Shown here: piece after piece, positions 47,526 through 56,702 of the stretch
Numbering within the stretch: the stretch's first letter is position 1
Layout of the letters: each line of letters begins with the position of its first letter
IMG/VR virus record: IMGVR_UViG_3300045526_000101
Location: 1 to 56,770 of that record
DNA length: 56,770 nt
Source of the DNA: a virus
Lineage: Duplodnaviria; Caudoviricetes
Direction: 5' to 3' (one strand)
Notes under the pieces: model-generated
Databases searched by the model: none
The model's input: the letters and a program-made list of their open reading frames with translations, nothing else
What the model was told of the DNA's origin: nothing
Translations under genes and position numbers: made by a program

Positions 47526-47899
47526 GGTTTTATTATTTTATTACTGATTAACATATCTAAGATCTCTTTGAAATCTTCTATAGTCATGGCGACTATTGTA
47601 CCCTTTCGATTACGCTTGTGAAAGACAAGGTTGTAATTGTTCTTAGGCATCTTAGCAAGGATGTCGTGCAGACTACCAAGCTTCTCAACCGCCTTAGCTT
47701 GTACATGAAATGGATCGGTATAACATAGATCGATACCCTGATCATCTTTGCGTTTACTCTCGGATCGGGAGCTAACACATTCTGTCCATCCTAGTTCCTT
47801 GAACCAGTCTCTAATCTGTAGTTCATATCCGTGGCCCTTCTTTCGGGCGTTTATTTTCTGCGCCATACTCTTGGTTGTAGTTCTTCTATTGTTGACCAA
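47522..47899 (-). CDS. Holliday junction resolvase (Hjc-type PD-(D/E)XK)
   Basis: RKKGHGYE...GIDL...VQAK; true start probably MAQKIN. Confidence 0.75.
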   Translation of the reverse strand: MVNNRRTTTKSMAQKINARKKGHGYELQIRDWFKELGWTECVSSRSESKRKDDQGIDLCYTDPFHVQAKAVEKLGSLHDILAKMPKNNYNLVFHKRNRKGTIVAMTIEDFKEILDMLISNKIIKP

Positions 47900-48129
47900 T
47901 TAACAATGGGATCAAATACAGTAGGATGAAAGTGATTAGGTTTCGCCTTCTGCTGCATATAGTACTGTTCTCCTGGAACAATTTCTTCAAGGGGAACCTT
48001 TTCAAGAAGGTTATCTCCTCGAACATCCTCCACATACTCTAACCATCTACCTCCTCCATTGAAATACCTCCATTGCTCTTTAAACAATATCTGTGAGGCG
48101 TTTAAACTTTTGGATGTCTTCCTTGCCAT
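47851..48129 (-). CDS. hypothetical protein
   Basis: 92-aa ORF overlapping neighbours. Confidence 0.45.
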   Translation of the reverse strand: MARKTSKSLNASQILFKEQWRYFNGGGRWLEYVEDVRGDNLLEKVPLEEIVPGEQYYMQQKAKPNHFHPTVFDPIVNWSTIEELQPRVWRRK

Positions 48130-49810
48130 ATGGTTGACCTACGAATTTTGTATCGTCCGAACCATCGTTGATTTTTTCTGCTGGCTCGAAACGAGAGTTA
48201 TTAATATTGTAAGTGAAGTATGATGTACCTACCTCTCCAGAATACTTGAACCTTATCTTCCATCTATGTACTTCTGTCTGCTTGGTTTCAAAGTTTCTAT
48301 ACACTGTTAGGCCATTGTCCACCAGGTTAAACCAGTGAGAAGAATCACCAACATCGTATCCGTTAGGTACTTCGTAATTGTTTTTAATCTTGGATATCTT
48401 CTTTGGATGCGCCACTAGATATACATGTACACCGTAGTTCCTGGCGAACCTGGATACATCATTCATGATTAACTTAATCTGATGATGTCTTGTGTCTGAC
48501 TGATTAGATAGGCTCTTCTCAACCGTACTCATGTTATCTATCACCAGACCATTGATACCATATCGCTTCACCATTTCTTTTGCCTTACCTAGAATACCTT
48601 CAATAGTTAGGTCGTTATCACTTAGTCTATAATACTTGAAGTGTTCATTCATGAACGGAGTCAATGACTCAACTTCCTCTTTAGATACACGTTCAGCGTA
48701 TGGCTGTTTAAAGAATGACTTCCCGGTAACAATCTGAAACATTTCACTCAGCGCATGAGCTGTGTTCGCTTCTTCTGCTGAATAGATAAAGAATCTTTGA
48801 TCGTGATCAAGGGCTAATAAAGACATTACATTTCTTAAGAATGAAGACTTACCATGACCAGGTATCCCTGTGATCAATGTTACCTGACCCGGATGCCATA
48901 TCATTCCAGAACCAACGTCTGCACCCTTTGGGTAACCTTCTTCATACAGACGAAGAATCTCTTCCCTTACAGAATAAGCATCGTCTATACCCTCTACTGG
49001 AAATGGAGTGGCGGAGTTGTAACATTCTACCAAACGATCTGCGCCATACGTGGTTAGTACCTCATTGGCATCCTTGCATGGGAAGTCAATGATCATGCAG
49101 TTCTCTTTGCCTAAACGCCTGGCTAGTTCATTTCTAAGTGCAAGACCTGGCTCATCGGTATCAGTGGCGATATAGATCTTCTTGCCTTCAAATACATGAA
49201 CGAATTCGTCTAGCCATTCTAGTTTTTGAGATCCTTTGCTTGCCCCGTTAGGAACCGATACAGCCGTTTTAATCCCTGACTCATAGAATGATAGAGCATC
49301 GATCTCTCCCTCGCAAATAATAATTTCAGAATCGCTATTATCACATGCAATATCAATGCCGTAAGGCCCAAGAAGAGCACCACTAACCAGCTTAAAATTT
49401 TTATCCCTATCTCTGTGCTTAATGTTGAAAATCTTCCCATTGTAGTAATAGTTAAAATGTATAGTTCTAACTTCCTTTTCTGCCTGGGGCATGTAGTCTA
49501 TACCTTCTGTAACCTGATAGCGAAGAAGAGTTTGATTGGATATCCCCCGAGCTGCGAACCAACTGATAACCTGATCGGATAGATTCTTATGTTCTACTTG
49601 TGGTATTACATACTCCTTCTCAATCTTTCTAGTTACAGCACCCTTGAATCCACAGTTATGACAATTCCAGATACCCTCCTCAACATCAACGCTGAGACAT
49701 GGATCGTTCTTTTTCTTTCGATCCTGGCTACACTTAGGGCATGTGGTCTTTATATTACCACGTTGGCCAAAGCGAACATTGATTCCGAGCTTCTGTAATT
49801 CTTGTATCAT
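48080..49810 (-). CDS. primase-helicase (T7 gp4/Twinkle-like)
   Basis: CPKC..CHNC Zn finger, TOPRIM EGEIDALS/DTD, SF4 helicase TGIPGHGKS, VID, LVAHP. Confidence 0.92.
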   Translation of the reverse strand: MIQELQKLGINVRFGQRGNIKTTCPKCSQDRKKKNDPCLSVDVEEGIWNCHNCGFKGAVTRKIEKEYVIPQVEHKNLSDQVISWFAARGISNQTLLRYQVTEGIDYMPQAEKEVRTIHFNYYYNGKIFNIKHRDRDKNFKLVSGALLGPYGIDIACDNSDSEIIICEGEIDALSFYESGIKTAVSVPNGASKGSQKLEWLDEFVHVFEGKKIYIATDTDEPGLALRNELARRLGKENCMIIDFPCKDANEVLTTYGADRLVECYNSATPFPVEGIDDAYSVREEILRLYEEGYPKGADVGSGMIWHPGQVTLITGIPGHGKSSFLRNVMSLLALDHDQRFFIYSAEEANTAHALSEMFQIVTGKSFFKQPYAERVSKEEVESLTPFMNEHFKYYRLSDNDLTIEGILGKAKEMVKRYGINGLVIDNMSTVEKSLSNQSDTRHHQIKLIMNDVSRFARNYGVHVYLVAHPKKISKIKNNYEVPNGYDVGDSSHWFNLVDNGLTVYRNFETKQTEVHRWKIRFKYSGEVGTSYFTYNINNSRFEPAEKINDGSDDTKFVGQPYGKEDIQKFKRLTDIV

Positions 49811-50367
49811 TTTTTATTCCAATACATGGTGGCTTGATCGAGGTATTCCATAAACTTCTTAGGACTTCTGAATAGTGTAGTGGGCCGATTGTATTCCTTC
49901 ATCTTCTCATCATCTCCCCAGGTTTCTTTCTTGTGAATGATTACACTTCTGAAGTGATCTATAGTGAGCCTTGGCATAGCCTTTAGGATTGCCTTAACCA
50001 GTTCTATATTGTTAGGTAATTGGTATCGTGTACCATTAATTTCATTGAACAACTCTACAGCCTCCTTAGCCAGTTCGATATTGGCGGTAGTGACTTCTAC
50101 ATTGTTATCAATAGTCGCCATGAACCAGTGCTTAGTAGGGTATATACTTCCGTTCTCAGCTATCTCAAGGAGAGCAGGTTGAGATGTTCGCATATCATCA
50201 ACTGCTACAGACACCGCTCTGACACTCAGGCCAAGAGCCTCCGCCACAGAAGTGATGGAGGTCGAGAGCCAGAGGTTCTTGTATTGGGAACAGAGGTCTG
50301 CAACTAGGTAATGAACCGATGATATGCCTAGCTTCTGCCGGACATTATGATCGATTGCTTGTATCAT
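49807..50367 (-). CDS. replication initiator-like protein (N-terminal HTH, conserved phage C-terminal domain)
   Basis: VAEALGLS.RAV HTH; W.DDEKM.EY.RP.TLF...KF.EYL. Confidence 0.7.
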   Translation of the reverse strand: MIQAIDHNVRQKLGISSVHYLVADLCSQYKNLWLSTSITSVAEALGLSVRAVSVAVDDMRTSQPALLEIAENGSIYPTKHWFMATIDNNVEVTTANIELAKEAVELFNEINGTRYQLPNNIELVKAILKAMPRLTIDHFRSVIIHKKETWGDDEKMKEYNRPTTLFRSPKKFMEYLDQATMYWNKK

Positions 50368-50780
50368 ACTTGTATGTATTGTTCCATTTTTAAATAGGGG
50401 TTACTCTTTGAATTGAACTTGATAGCATTCAAGCAAAGACCCGTCTTGATAAATATTTTAGAAGTATTATCGTTATGCTCTTTAAGAACTCCGGCATATT
50501 CTCTTCTCTTTCCTTCTCGCCAAGACTCACGGAAGTTCATTAGCTTATTACGATACGTATCATAACCGCAGTCCAGGTATTCCATAACCTCAGTCTGCTT
50601 ATGTCCATACATATCTGCCAGACCTACAAATACCGTCCTGGCCAGTTCTAGATTGCCTTCGAAATCTTCGTTGACTTGCATTTTCTTCTGTGGATTCTTA
50701 TGCCATATAAACTGAGGTCTCATAATCGCCTCTAAGTCTGTTAGTTTGATCATAGTTTGATATTGAATTGTTTCCGCCAT
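50364..50780 (-). CDS. hypothetical protein (HTH-like)
   Basis: ARTVFVGLA..YG.KQ.EV..YL; true start probably MIKL. Confidence 0.5.
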   Translation of the reverse strand: MAETIQYQTMIKLTDLEAIMRPQFIWHKNPQKKMQVNEDFEGNLELARTVFVGLADMYGHKQTEVMEYLDCGYDTYRNKLMNFRESWREGKRREYAGVLKEHNDNTSKIFIKTGLCLNAIKFNSKSNPYLKMEQYIQV

Positions 50781-51730
50781 GTGATCTTGCCATTGGGCAG
50801 GATCAAATTGGTTGCACCTTCCTTCTCCATTACCTGCTTAAGGCGGTTCTGAAATAATTGTTTCTCTGATTCTAATGATTTGATCTGACTGCTTATGTCC
50901 TGGTGAGTTCTTGCCCATTCTTCATGCTCTTCTGTACCTTGTATTGTAATCTCTTCCTCACGAGCTTTGTGTTTTTCGGATATGAAGGCATCAAACGCCT
51001 TAGAGTTATCAGCTTCAGGCTCATATAGTGTAGCCATCTGCCAAGCTTCATCACCTTCTAACTGCACAATAGCCTCCCGAGCTGCACGTACCCTGTTATA
51101 ATACTCTTCTGCCTCAAACAAGATTCTATCCTGCAATTCCTGGTCTCGTTCAAATGTTACCAGTCCAAGTTGTCTGCCATCTTTTAAATAGCATATCTCT
51201 GCGTATTTCAATTCAGTCACAAGCATATAGTGTTGCACTTGGAGTAGATAGCTCGGTGGGATACCTGCCTCATAAGCATCAGAGGAATAGCCGGAGATCG
51301 TTTTGATCTCCAGTATTCCCTGTCCCTTGTAGTCGGGATGTTTGGTGATAATGCCATCCACATTAGCAAACAGAAATGGATATTTCGGATTGATGGCAAT
51401 AGCTTTTAGCTTCTTATATTTCTTTATCTTATTATCCTTAAGAGTGTTCTCAACCCAACCTTCTTCTGTACCATCGAAGTACTGCCAACAACTAGCTACA
51501 TAATCTTCTAGTTGTTTGCCATGTAGCATGGCGGCATTCATCTTGTTGGGTACATTAGATAATCCTATCGCCTGATAGAATAAATTGATCGGTGATTTAT
51601 ATTGATTGAGACCGAGTAAGGTTCCTGCATCGGATCCACCTACCATACCTTTGGTTACAAATGATTGGCGCAGGCTCTGCCATTCAGCCTCGCTAAGCTT
51701 GGCTGTGGGAATTAATTCTAGATGTTTCAT
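50750..51730 (-). CDS. YqaJ-like viral recombinase exonuclease
   Basis: W...R...GGSDAG..LG..Y.SP; ANVDG; LEIKT; Y..QVQHYM. Confidence 0.9.
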   Translation of the reverse strand: MKHLELIPTAKLSEAEWQSLRQSFVTKGMVGGSDAGTLLGLNQYKSPINLFYQAIGLSNVPNKMNAAMLHGKQLEDYVASCWQYFDGTEEGWVENTLKDNKIKKYKKLKAIAINPKYPFLFANVDGIITKHPDYKGQGILEIKTISGYSSDAYEAGIPPSYLLQVQHYMLVTELKYAEICYLKDGRQLGLVTFERDQELQDRILFEAEEYYNRVRAAREAIVQLEGDEAWQMATLYEPEADNSKAFDAFISEKHKAREEEITIQGTEEHEEWARTHQDISSQIKSLESEKQLFQNRLKQVMEKEGATNLILPNGKITWRKQFNIKL

Positions 51731-52338
51731 TATTTCTTTTTAGCAGCTTTGATTACGGCCTCTGATTTAGACTTATTGATGAGTGAGGTGAGGACTTTCT
51801 TCTGCGCATCATTCAATGCATACTTCTTTAGCGCACCTTCTACTTCATTAATCTTACCCTCGTTGATGAACTTTACCATCGCATCGTATTTATCCTGGGT
51901 AAGAGGCGGATGTTCGTTAGATACGTTTATTGCAGGACTAGCTTTTACAGTCTGCGAATTGCGAACTGCGGCATTCCCATCATCATCTTCATCTTGAATG
52001 ATCAGGTTTAATAACCCAGTCATAGAGTATCTTTTAGCGTATGATACTGCTGAACCATAGTCCTGTGCCGAGGCTTTGGCTACTACAACTGGGAATACAG
52101 ATATAATAGATTCGCCAGACTCAACGTGCCATACAATTGTCTGAACAAATGGTAGTTCGTTTATAATAGTATTGGCCTGGGTCACAACAAGACCACAATC
52201 ATTTAGATATGGCTTGATATGCTGTTGAATAGACTCTAAAGTGGCGTACTTGGACTTGAAGAACGGATTATTTTCCGCCCTCTTGATTGCTGGACATGAT
52301 GCCTGGAACTTCGCCAGTGCTTTTAGAATTGATTTCAT
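51730..52338 (-). CDS. ERF-family ssDNA annealing protein
   Basis: NPFFKSKYATL, Q.YGSA.SYAKRYS, DDDGN; ATG at 52338. Confidence 0.9.
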   Translation of the reverse strand: MKSILKALAKFQASCPAIKRAENNPFFKSKYATLESIQQHIKPYLNDCGLVVTQANTIINELPFVQTIVWHVESGESIISVFPVVVAKASAQDYGSAVSYAKRYSMTGLLNLIIQDEDDDGNAAVRNSQTVKASPAINVSNEHPPLTQDKYDAMVKFINEGKINEVEGALKKYALNDAQKKVLTSLINKSKSEAVIKAAKKK

Positions 52339-52555
52339 CGATAAATTGTTTAGTGAACTGGTATTCATTGGCGAGAAAGTATATCTGCTGCCAATCGTAT
52401 GTGAACTTGGTGCGGTCACTTAGACGTATTGCCTTGATAAAGTGGCCATTGCAAAGCTGCTCGTGGTTTGAAAGCAGCCATTGTCTAAACGGCTTTAGAG
52501 GATAATCTTTACCCTCAACCGTCATTGTATCGTGGTTATAATCGTACTTAATCAC
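52268..52555 (-). CDS. hypothetical protein, first gene of the leftward replication operon
   Basis: Downstream of the TAATTTTG box. Confidence 0.5.
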   Translation of the reverse strand: MIKYDYNHDTMTVEGKDYPLKPFRQWLLSNHEQLCNGHFIKAIRLSDRTKFTYDWQQIYFLANEYQFTKQFIDEINSKSTGEVPGIMSSNQEGGK

Positions 52556-52560
52556 GAATA

Positions 52561-52624
52561 CAAAATTATAACTATCTAAAATAGATAGTTCTTGACTTTT
52601 ACACGCAGTTTTACACTATATTTG
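52561..52624. promoter_or_regulatory. divergent promoters with a palindromic operator (lysis/lysogeny switch)
   Basis: Minus TAATTTTG 52561-52568; perfect inverted repeat AACTATCTA-AAA-TAGATAGTT 52570-52590; plus TATATTTG 52617-52624. Confidence 0.7.
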
Positions 52625-52642
52625 AGCAAAGGATTCATCTAT

Positions 52643-52957
52643 ATGAGAGTTGTTAAGTCTAAAACACACGATGATATTGGCTCAAGACTGCGTGAAATAA
52701 GAATTGAAAACCGTCTAACACAAAAAGAGATGGCTGAACTTATCTCAATGACACCAGGTGCAGTAGGTGCGTTAGAAAACAATCTTTACACACCTAATTT
52801 TGATGTCTTGAGAATACTTAAGAAGAAGTTGAATGTCTCTTACGATTATCTGTTAGACGGAGAAAAGGGAAGTAGCGTTCACATTAGACAAGAGAACGAG
52901 ATGTTGAAAAAAGAAGTAGCTAGACTTACGAAGATTGTAGATAAGCTACTCAAGTGA
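52643..52957 (+). CDS. XRE-family HTH repressor
   Basis: RLREIR....LTQKEMA...........LENN..TP.....V.YDYLL.G; C-terminal coiled coil. Confidence 0.88.
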   Translation: MRVVKSKTHDDIGSRLREIRIENRLTQKEMAELISMTPGAVGALENNLYTPNFDVLRILKKKLNVSYDYLLDGEKGSSVHIRQENEMLKKEVARLTKIVDKLLK

Positions 52958-53131
52958 ATCCTTGATTTCATTCCATACAAACTCTCCATTCTCTCCCCAA
53001 TAGAAGTCGCATTTGCCGTCTTTAATTGGGGGATCAGCGAAGTACATTTGATATTCTCCAGGATCTGCTGTGAACCTGTGGCATTGTTCTTTAAACGGGC
53101 AGTCAAGGCCCGTACACATTGTGATGTCCAT
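52946..53131 (-). CDS. small Cys-rich hypothetical protein
   Basis: DITMCTG.DCP.KE.C.RF. Confidence 0.6.
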   Translation of the reverse strand: MDITMCTGLDCPFKEQCHRFTADPGEYQMYFADPPIKDGKCDFYWGENGEFVWNEIKDSLE

Positions 53132-53142
53132 ATTTGTGGGGT

Positions 53143-53308
53143 TTAGATGATTTCAAATTGTTTCCTCAGTTTGATCTCCTCCATTCTTTTTATGGTGTTT
53201 CTCTTCACACACGCATTACAATGACTATTCCTCCCATCTATTCTAGATGCGTTCTTTCCGAATTGTTCAAGACTCTTGGTCTCTTTACATTTTGTACATT
53301 TTTTCATA
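53143..53308 (-). CDS. small zinc-finger protein
   Basis: MKKCTKCKETK....F......DG..SHCNAC. Confidence 0.6.
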
Positions 53309-53310
53309 AC

Positions 53311-53332
53311 AAAAAGCCCCCAGTTCGGGGGC
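53311..53332 (-). terminator. intrinsic terminator after the integrase
   Basis: GCCCCC-GAACT-GGGGGC-TTTTT on the minus strand. Confidence 0.7.
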
Positions 53333-53338
53333 CGTCTT

Positions 53339-54643
53339 TTATTCGCCAAGAAACTGTTTATAATAACTCGTAACCTCAGACTTGAAGTGCCGTTCTACAA
53401 AGGCGACATATCGTTCAAAGGCTACGCTATTGGAAGCATGACCACTACAGAACTTGATGTGTCTCTCAGGTACTTTATAGTAGATCATAGTAGTGATAGC
53501 GGTTTTCCTTAACATGTGCGGATGAACGTGTTGATACATGGGTTTGGTTTCGATAACCTCTTCCCCACGAACTCCGATAGTTTTGACCGTTGTTGGATTA
53601 TGCATCTCAGGATACAGGCTAAATAGATCCGCCATGTTATTGTATATGGTAGCGTAGCGATTGTCTTTTAGCGTGTAGATTCTCCCGAACTGAGCCAGGT
53701 TACGATCAAATACCTTCGCCAAAAACTTAGGCAGAGGAACATCTGTGTATTCCCTGGTCTTTCCATTCATCTTAGACATGAACATATCGTTCTTGACGAT
53801 CCGAATATCGCTAACTGATAGATCGATGGCGTCCCTTACCCTCATTGTAGTCACCAGCATCACCGAACAGACTTCCCATACATATTTTAGCAGCTCGGGG
53901 AGGTTATTATAGGTCTTTTCATCCGTCAGAAATCGCTGTACAAACTCAGGTTCTAATACGACTACTGGATTAGGATCAGCCTGGTAAAGTTTAATCTTTG
54001 GCGGCTGAAGATATAGATGTTCCTTCCAATAGTTCAGCATCACAGATACATTTAGAATGTAATTTGCCCTGGTTGCCATGCTATAGTTCATATCGATCAT
54101 CCATTCGTCCCATCCTGTGAAGTAACTATCCCATTTGTCGGTGATAAGCCGCTTCCGTTGGATAGTATCCTTTGGACTGATAGACATCTCTAACAAATCC
54201 AGGTTTCCTGCGATCTCACTATACTCATATAAGGATTCTATTGAATATTTATAGGCACTGATCGTTCCAGGTTTAAGTTGTCTATTCCCCCTCGACTTGA
54301 TCTCACCCTTGATTGCTTTTTTTAAATATTCCCGACACAGATAAGCCAGTTCGTAGGATTCTTTAGGCTCTTCCTGTATGTCGGTATAGCATGGGTTGAA
54401 ACTAGCCTTGATCTTTTTTAAATCGCCTTTATAGGTCACGTATAGATCTGTCAGGCGTACTCTGTTTCTATTGAGATCGTTATTCATGGCCATGACTTCG
54501 GGGGAATTGCCGACAAATTTTCCCTTGTCAAACTTCATACTCTTCGGGATCTTGATGCCTGTACTCAGCCGGAGGGAAACTGTTTTACCATCCGTTAACC
54601 GGGCCTGGATCGTGTTACCTCTTGCATTAAATGAAACTGTCAT
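53339..54643 (-). CDS. int: tyrosine recombinase / integrase
   Basis: Catalytic R (TTMRVRD), K (KT), HMLR, GH, Y (FERY); N-terminal LSTGIKI arm-binding segment of Bacteroidota integrases. Confidence 0.9.
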   Translation of the reverse strand: MTVSFNARGNTIQARLTDGKTVSLRLSTGIKIPKSMKFDKGKFVGNSPEVMAMNNDLNRNRVRLTDLYVTYKGDLKKIKASFNPCYTDIQEEPKESYELAYLCREYLKKAIKGEIKSRGNRQLKPGTISAYKYSIESLYEYSEIAGNLDLLEMSISPKDTIQRKRLITDKWDSYFTGWDEWMIDMNYSMATRANYILNVSVMLNYWKEHLYLQPPKIKLYQADPNPVVVLEPEFVQRFLTDEKTYNNLPELLKYVWEVCSVMLVTTMRVRDAIDLSVSDIRIVKNDMFMSKMNGKTREYTDVPLPKFLAKVFDRNLAQFGRIYTLKDNRYATIYNNMADLFSLYPEMHNPTTVKTIGVRGEEVIETKPMYQHVHPHMLRKTAITTMIYYKVPERHIKFCSGHASNSVAFERYVAFVERHFKSEVTSYYKQFLGE

Positions 54644-54951
54644 AAATTATTAGATTGGTGAAAAAACGGATAACTCTCTATAATATTGTTACACTTTCCA
54701 TTTCATTTTTACTCGTGTGACAAGGATCATTAAGAGACCGAACTTCATTATCTTACATACATGAATAGGTACATTAAAAGAATACATAGCACACATTTTG
54801 TTGTCACTTTGGCATCTAAAGCAATGATATTCAATTGATTATCTTTTTGCATTTATATTAGCCGACCTTACTGACAACTCAAATATAGTTTGTATTTCAA
54901 TTATTTGCAACAATTATCCACGAATTTGTCCACCACTATCCATTAGAATTG

Positions 54952-55314
54952 TCACGCAATTTCACGTATCATTTGCACAACCTCATCTACATCTACAAAG
55001 TATGGATTTTTATTTATTGATTCCTTAAGCAAGATATCATAAAGGTCTTTATACTCGGGTTCAAATTTGTATCGTATTTCATGGGCCTGGGTATGGTGAA
55101 TGGCGGTACTATGGTCTATGTTAAATAGGCGACCAATCTTTACAGGGCCGAGTTGATATTGATCGGCCAGGATATTCATTATACAAGCCTTGATCATCAC
55201 GACTTCAAATTTCCTAGACCTAACCACACGTACCTCCGAGTCTTTTACGTAAACAATTCCCTGTCCTGTGTAATCCTTAGCTATTTGAGCTAGTCTGAGT
55301 AGTTCCTCTGTCAT
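54952..55314 (-). CDS. DnaA C-terminal-like HTH protein
   Basis: SRK.EVV.......KIGRLFNIDHSTAIH. Confidence 0.7.
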   Translation of the reverse strand: MTEELLRLAQIAKDYTGQGIVYVKDSEVRVVRSRKFEVVMIKACIMNILADQYQLGPVKIGRLFNIDHSTAIHHTQAHEIRYKFEPEYKDLYDILLKESINKNPYFVDVDEVVQMIREIA

Positions 55315-55468
55315 TTCTATCGTTTAAAATTTCAATAAATTTATCACATAGCTCTTCGTTGATCTGCTTTAAGGCTTCTGCTATTCTTGCCGCCTCTCCC
55401 CTGGGTGCGGTTTCTATTCTCGTTAGTCCCTCGTTGATCTTGTGGAATACCTTTAATACATTGTTCAT
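55277..55468 (-). CDS. hypothetical protein
   Basis: 63-aa helical ORF. Confidence 0.45.
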   Translation of the reverse strand: MNNVLKVFHKINEGLTRIETAPRGEAARIAEALKQINEELCDKFIEILNDRNDRGTTQTSSNS

Positions 55469-55534
55469 ATTTCTTTAGGGTTTCGGGTGGATAATTAAGT
55501 TCTTTGTAGATGTGTAACATCCATTCATTGAAAG

Positions 55535-55891
55535 TCATATCTCGGTAAGTTTAAATACGCCTATTAAGTCCTTCTGTGAGTGCTTTTCTGTGTATGCAGC
55601 CAGGGCATCTGTGGCAGAAGGATAGATCTTAAACGACAATACCTTAGTTCCTAGAGATCGGAATACATACACCCACATCTCTTCCTCCTGGACTACCAGG
55701 TCAAACTCGCTTTGCTCTCCATCGGGTAGAAAATTTCCATTCGAATACCAGGTGAATAGCGTGCCGCCATCTACCAATCCTGCAAACATTTTGCCCACTA
55801 CATTAGGGAAATGAATTAGGTATTCTACTGGTTCTCCCCTTCTTGTGGTGACTTTAGCACCTCGTTGCCATTTTTCTAAATTAAATTCCAT
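55535..55891 (-). CDS. hypothetical protein
   Basis: FNLE....G.KV.TR.G..V...DL motif common in phages. Confidence 0.65.
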   Translation of the reverse strand: MEFNLEKWQRGAKVTTRRGEPVEYLIHFPNVVGKMFAGLVDGGTLFTWYSNGNFLPDGEQSEFDLVVQEEEMWVYVFRSLGTKVLSFKIYPSATDALAAYTEKHSQKDLIGVFKLTEI

Positions 55892-55914
55892 AAAGTGTAA
55901 TTTTTAAAAGTTTA

Positions 55915-55940
55915 AACTGGCAGACCGAAATCTGCCAGTT
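55915..55940 (-). terminator. strong hairpin / possible terminator
   Basis: AACTGGCAGA-(6 nt)-TCTGCCAGTT 10-bp perfect stem, followed on the minus strand by TAAACTTTT. Confidence 0.5.
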
Positions 55941-56061
55941 CGGGGGCTATCTCGTTGCCAACGCCTCTGTATAGCTTATCTCCAATGAAAGCACTACCAC
56001 ACAACCTGAAGATCATCAGCCATACTATGTCTATCCCAACCCCGAGGCCAGGGTGCAAGGG

Positions 56062-56274
56062 TTAATTTAGGTTGGTGGGATTATGCAGTCTGTTAAGCAC
56101 ATCAAAATCTAGCTGATCCTCTTCGTAGATGTCTAGTACCTGGGTAACCAGTTTTCTAAACTCAGGATCGGTAGAGATGGCCAACATTAATAATGCAGAA
56201 AGCTCAAGTTCGCTGCCTTCTATAATCTTTTTAGCACCACCATCAGGTGTGCGTTCTAATAATATTCTTCCCAT
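56062..56274 (-). CDS. hypothetical protein
   Basis: 70-aa ORF. Confidence 0.55.
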   Translation of the reverse strand: MGRILLERTPDGGAKKIIEGSELELSALLMLAISTDPEFRKLVTQVLDIYEEDQLDFDVLNRLHNPTNLN

Positions 56275-56300
56275 GATTTAGTTTTAATAGAATGGATATT

Positions 56301-56702
56301 TTATGGGTTTAGATTGTCATACAGGTATATCAGTTGATATACTTCACCTTCTCTTATTATTGTTATTCGGAAGGCTTTTCTTCCATCCCTGTGTAGCAGC
56401 ATATCAAAAAGACAGGCCGTATTGCTTATCATTTCGGTCGCCTTATATCGGAATCCTTTGTAGTTCGTTTCCGATATACTTTGCTTTGAATCTTCTTTTA
56501 TCCTGTAAGTTGTTGGCGATTCGGCATCTATTATAACCGAATTACCATTAATGTAGATTGGGATGTTGACATTCTCGTTCTCATCTAGTTTAACTAGTTG
56601 ATCCTTTGATCCAACAAACAGGGCGGTTCTGTATGCATAGTACTGGGCGTTTGCTTGGGCGAATAGTATTACCGCCAAAAGCATTAGTAGTATTCTTTTC
56701 AT
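56301..56702 (-). CDS. exported protein with Bacteroidota-type signal peptide
   Basis: MKRILLMLLAVILFAQANA^Q signal peptide. Confidence 0.65.
   Translation of the reverse strand: MKRILLMLLAVILFAQANAQYYAYRTALFVGSKDQLVKLDENENVNIPIYINGNSVIIDAESPTTYRIKEDSKQSISETNYKGFRYKATEMISNTACLFDMLLHRDGRKAFRITIIREGEVYQLIYLYDNLNP

Larger units (their letters stand above)
458..55946. repeat. dispersed motif (C)AG(Y)TCGGG(G/A)G, ~40 copies
   Basis: Plus: 458, 993, 1736, 9797, 11840, 14021, 16900, 19116, 24287, 26025, 26172, 29379, 30638, 36035, 36641, 38329, 41160, 41692, 44305, 53322, 53892, 54495, 55937; minus: 4614, 5865, 8342, 8540, 31190, 45466, 49544; also several TCGGGAG variants. Confidence 0.85.

Noticed and set aside
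55344-55538. 64-aa minus ORF
   Set aside because: Overlaps 55277-55468 by 125 nt; the N-terminal part may be real but I cannot support the full call
55975-56025. CTGATGA on the minus strand in an intergenic gap
   Set aside because: No GAAA after the putative stem II and no consistent stems I/III
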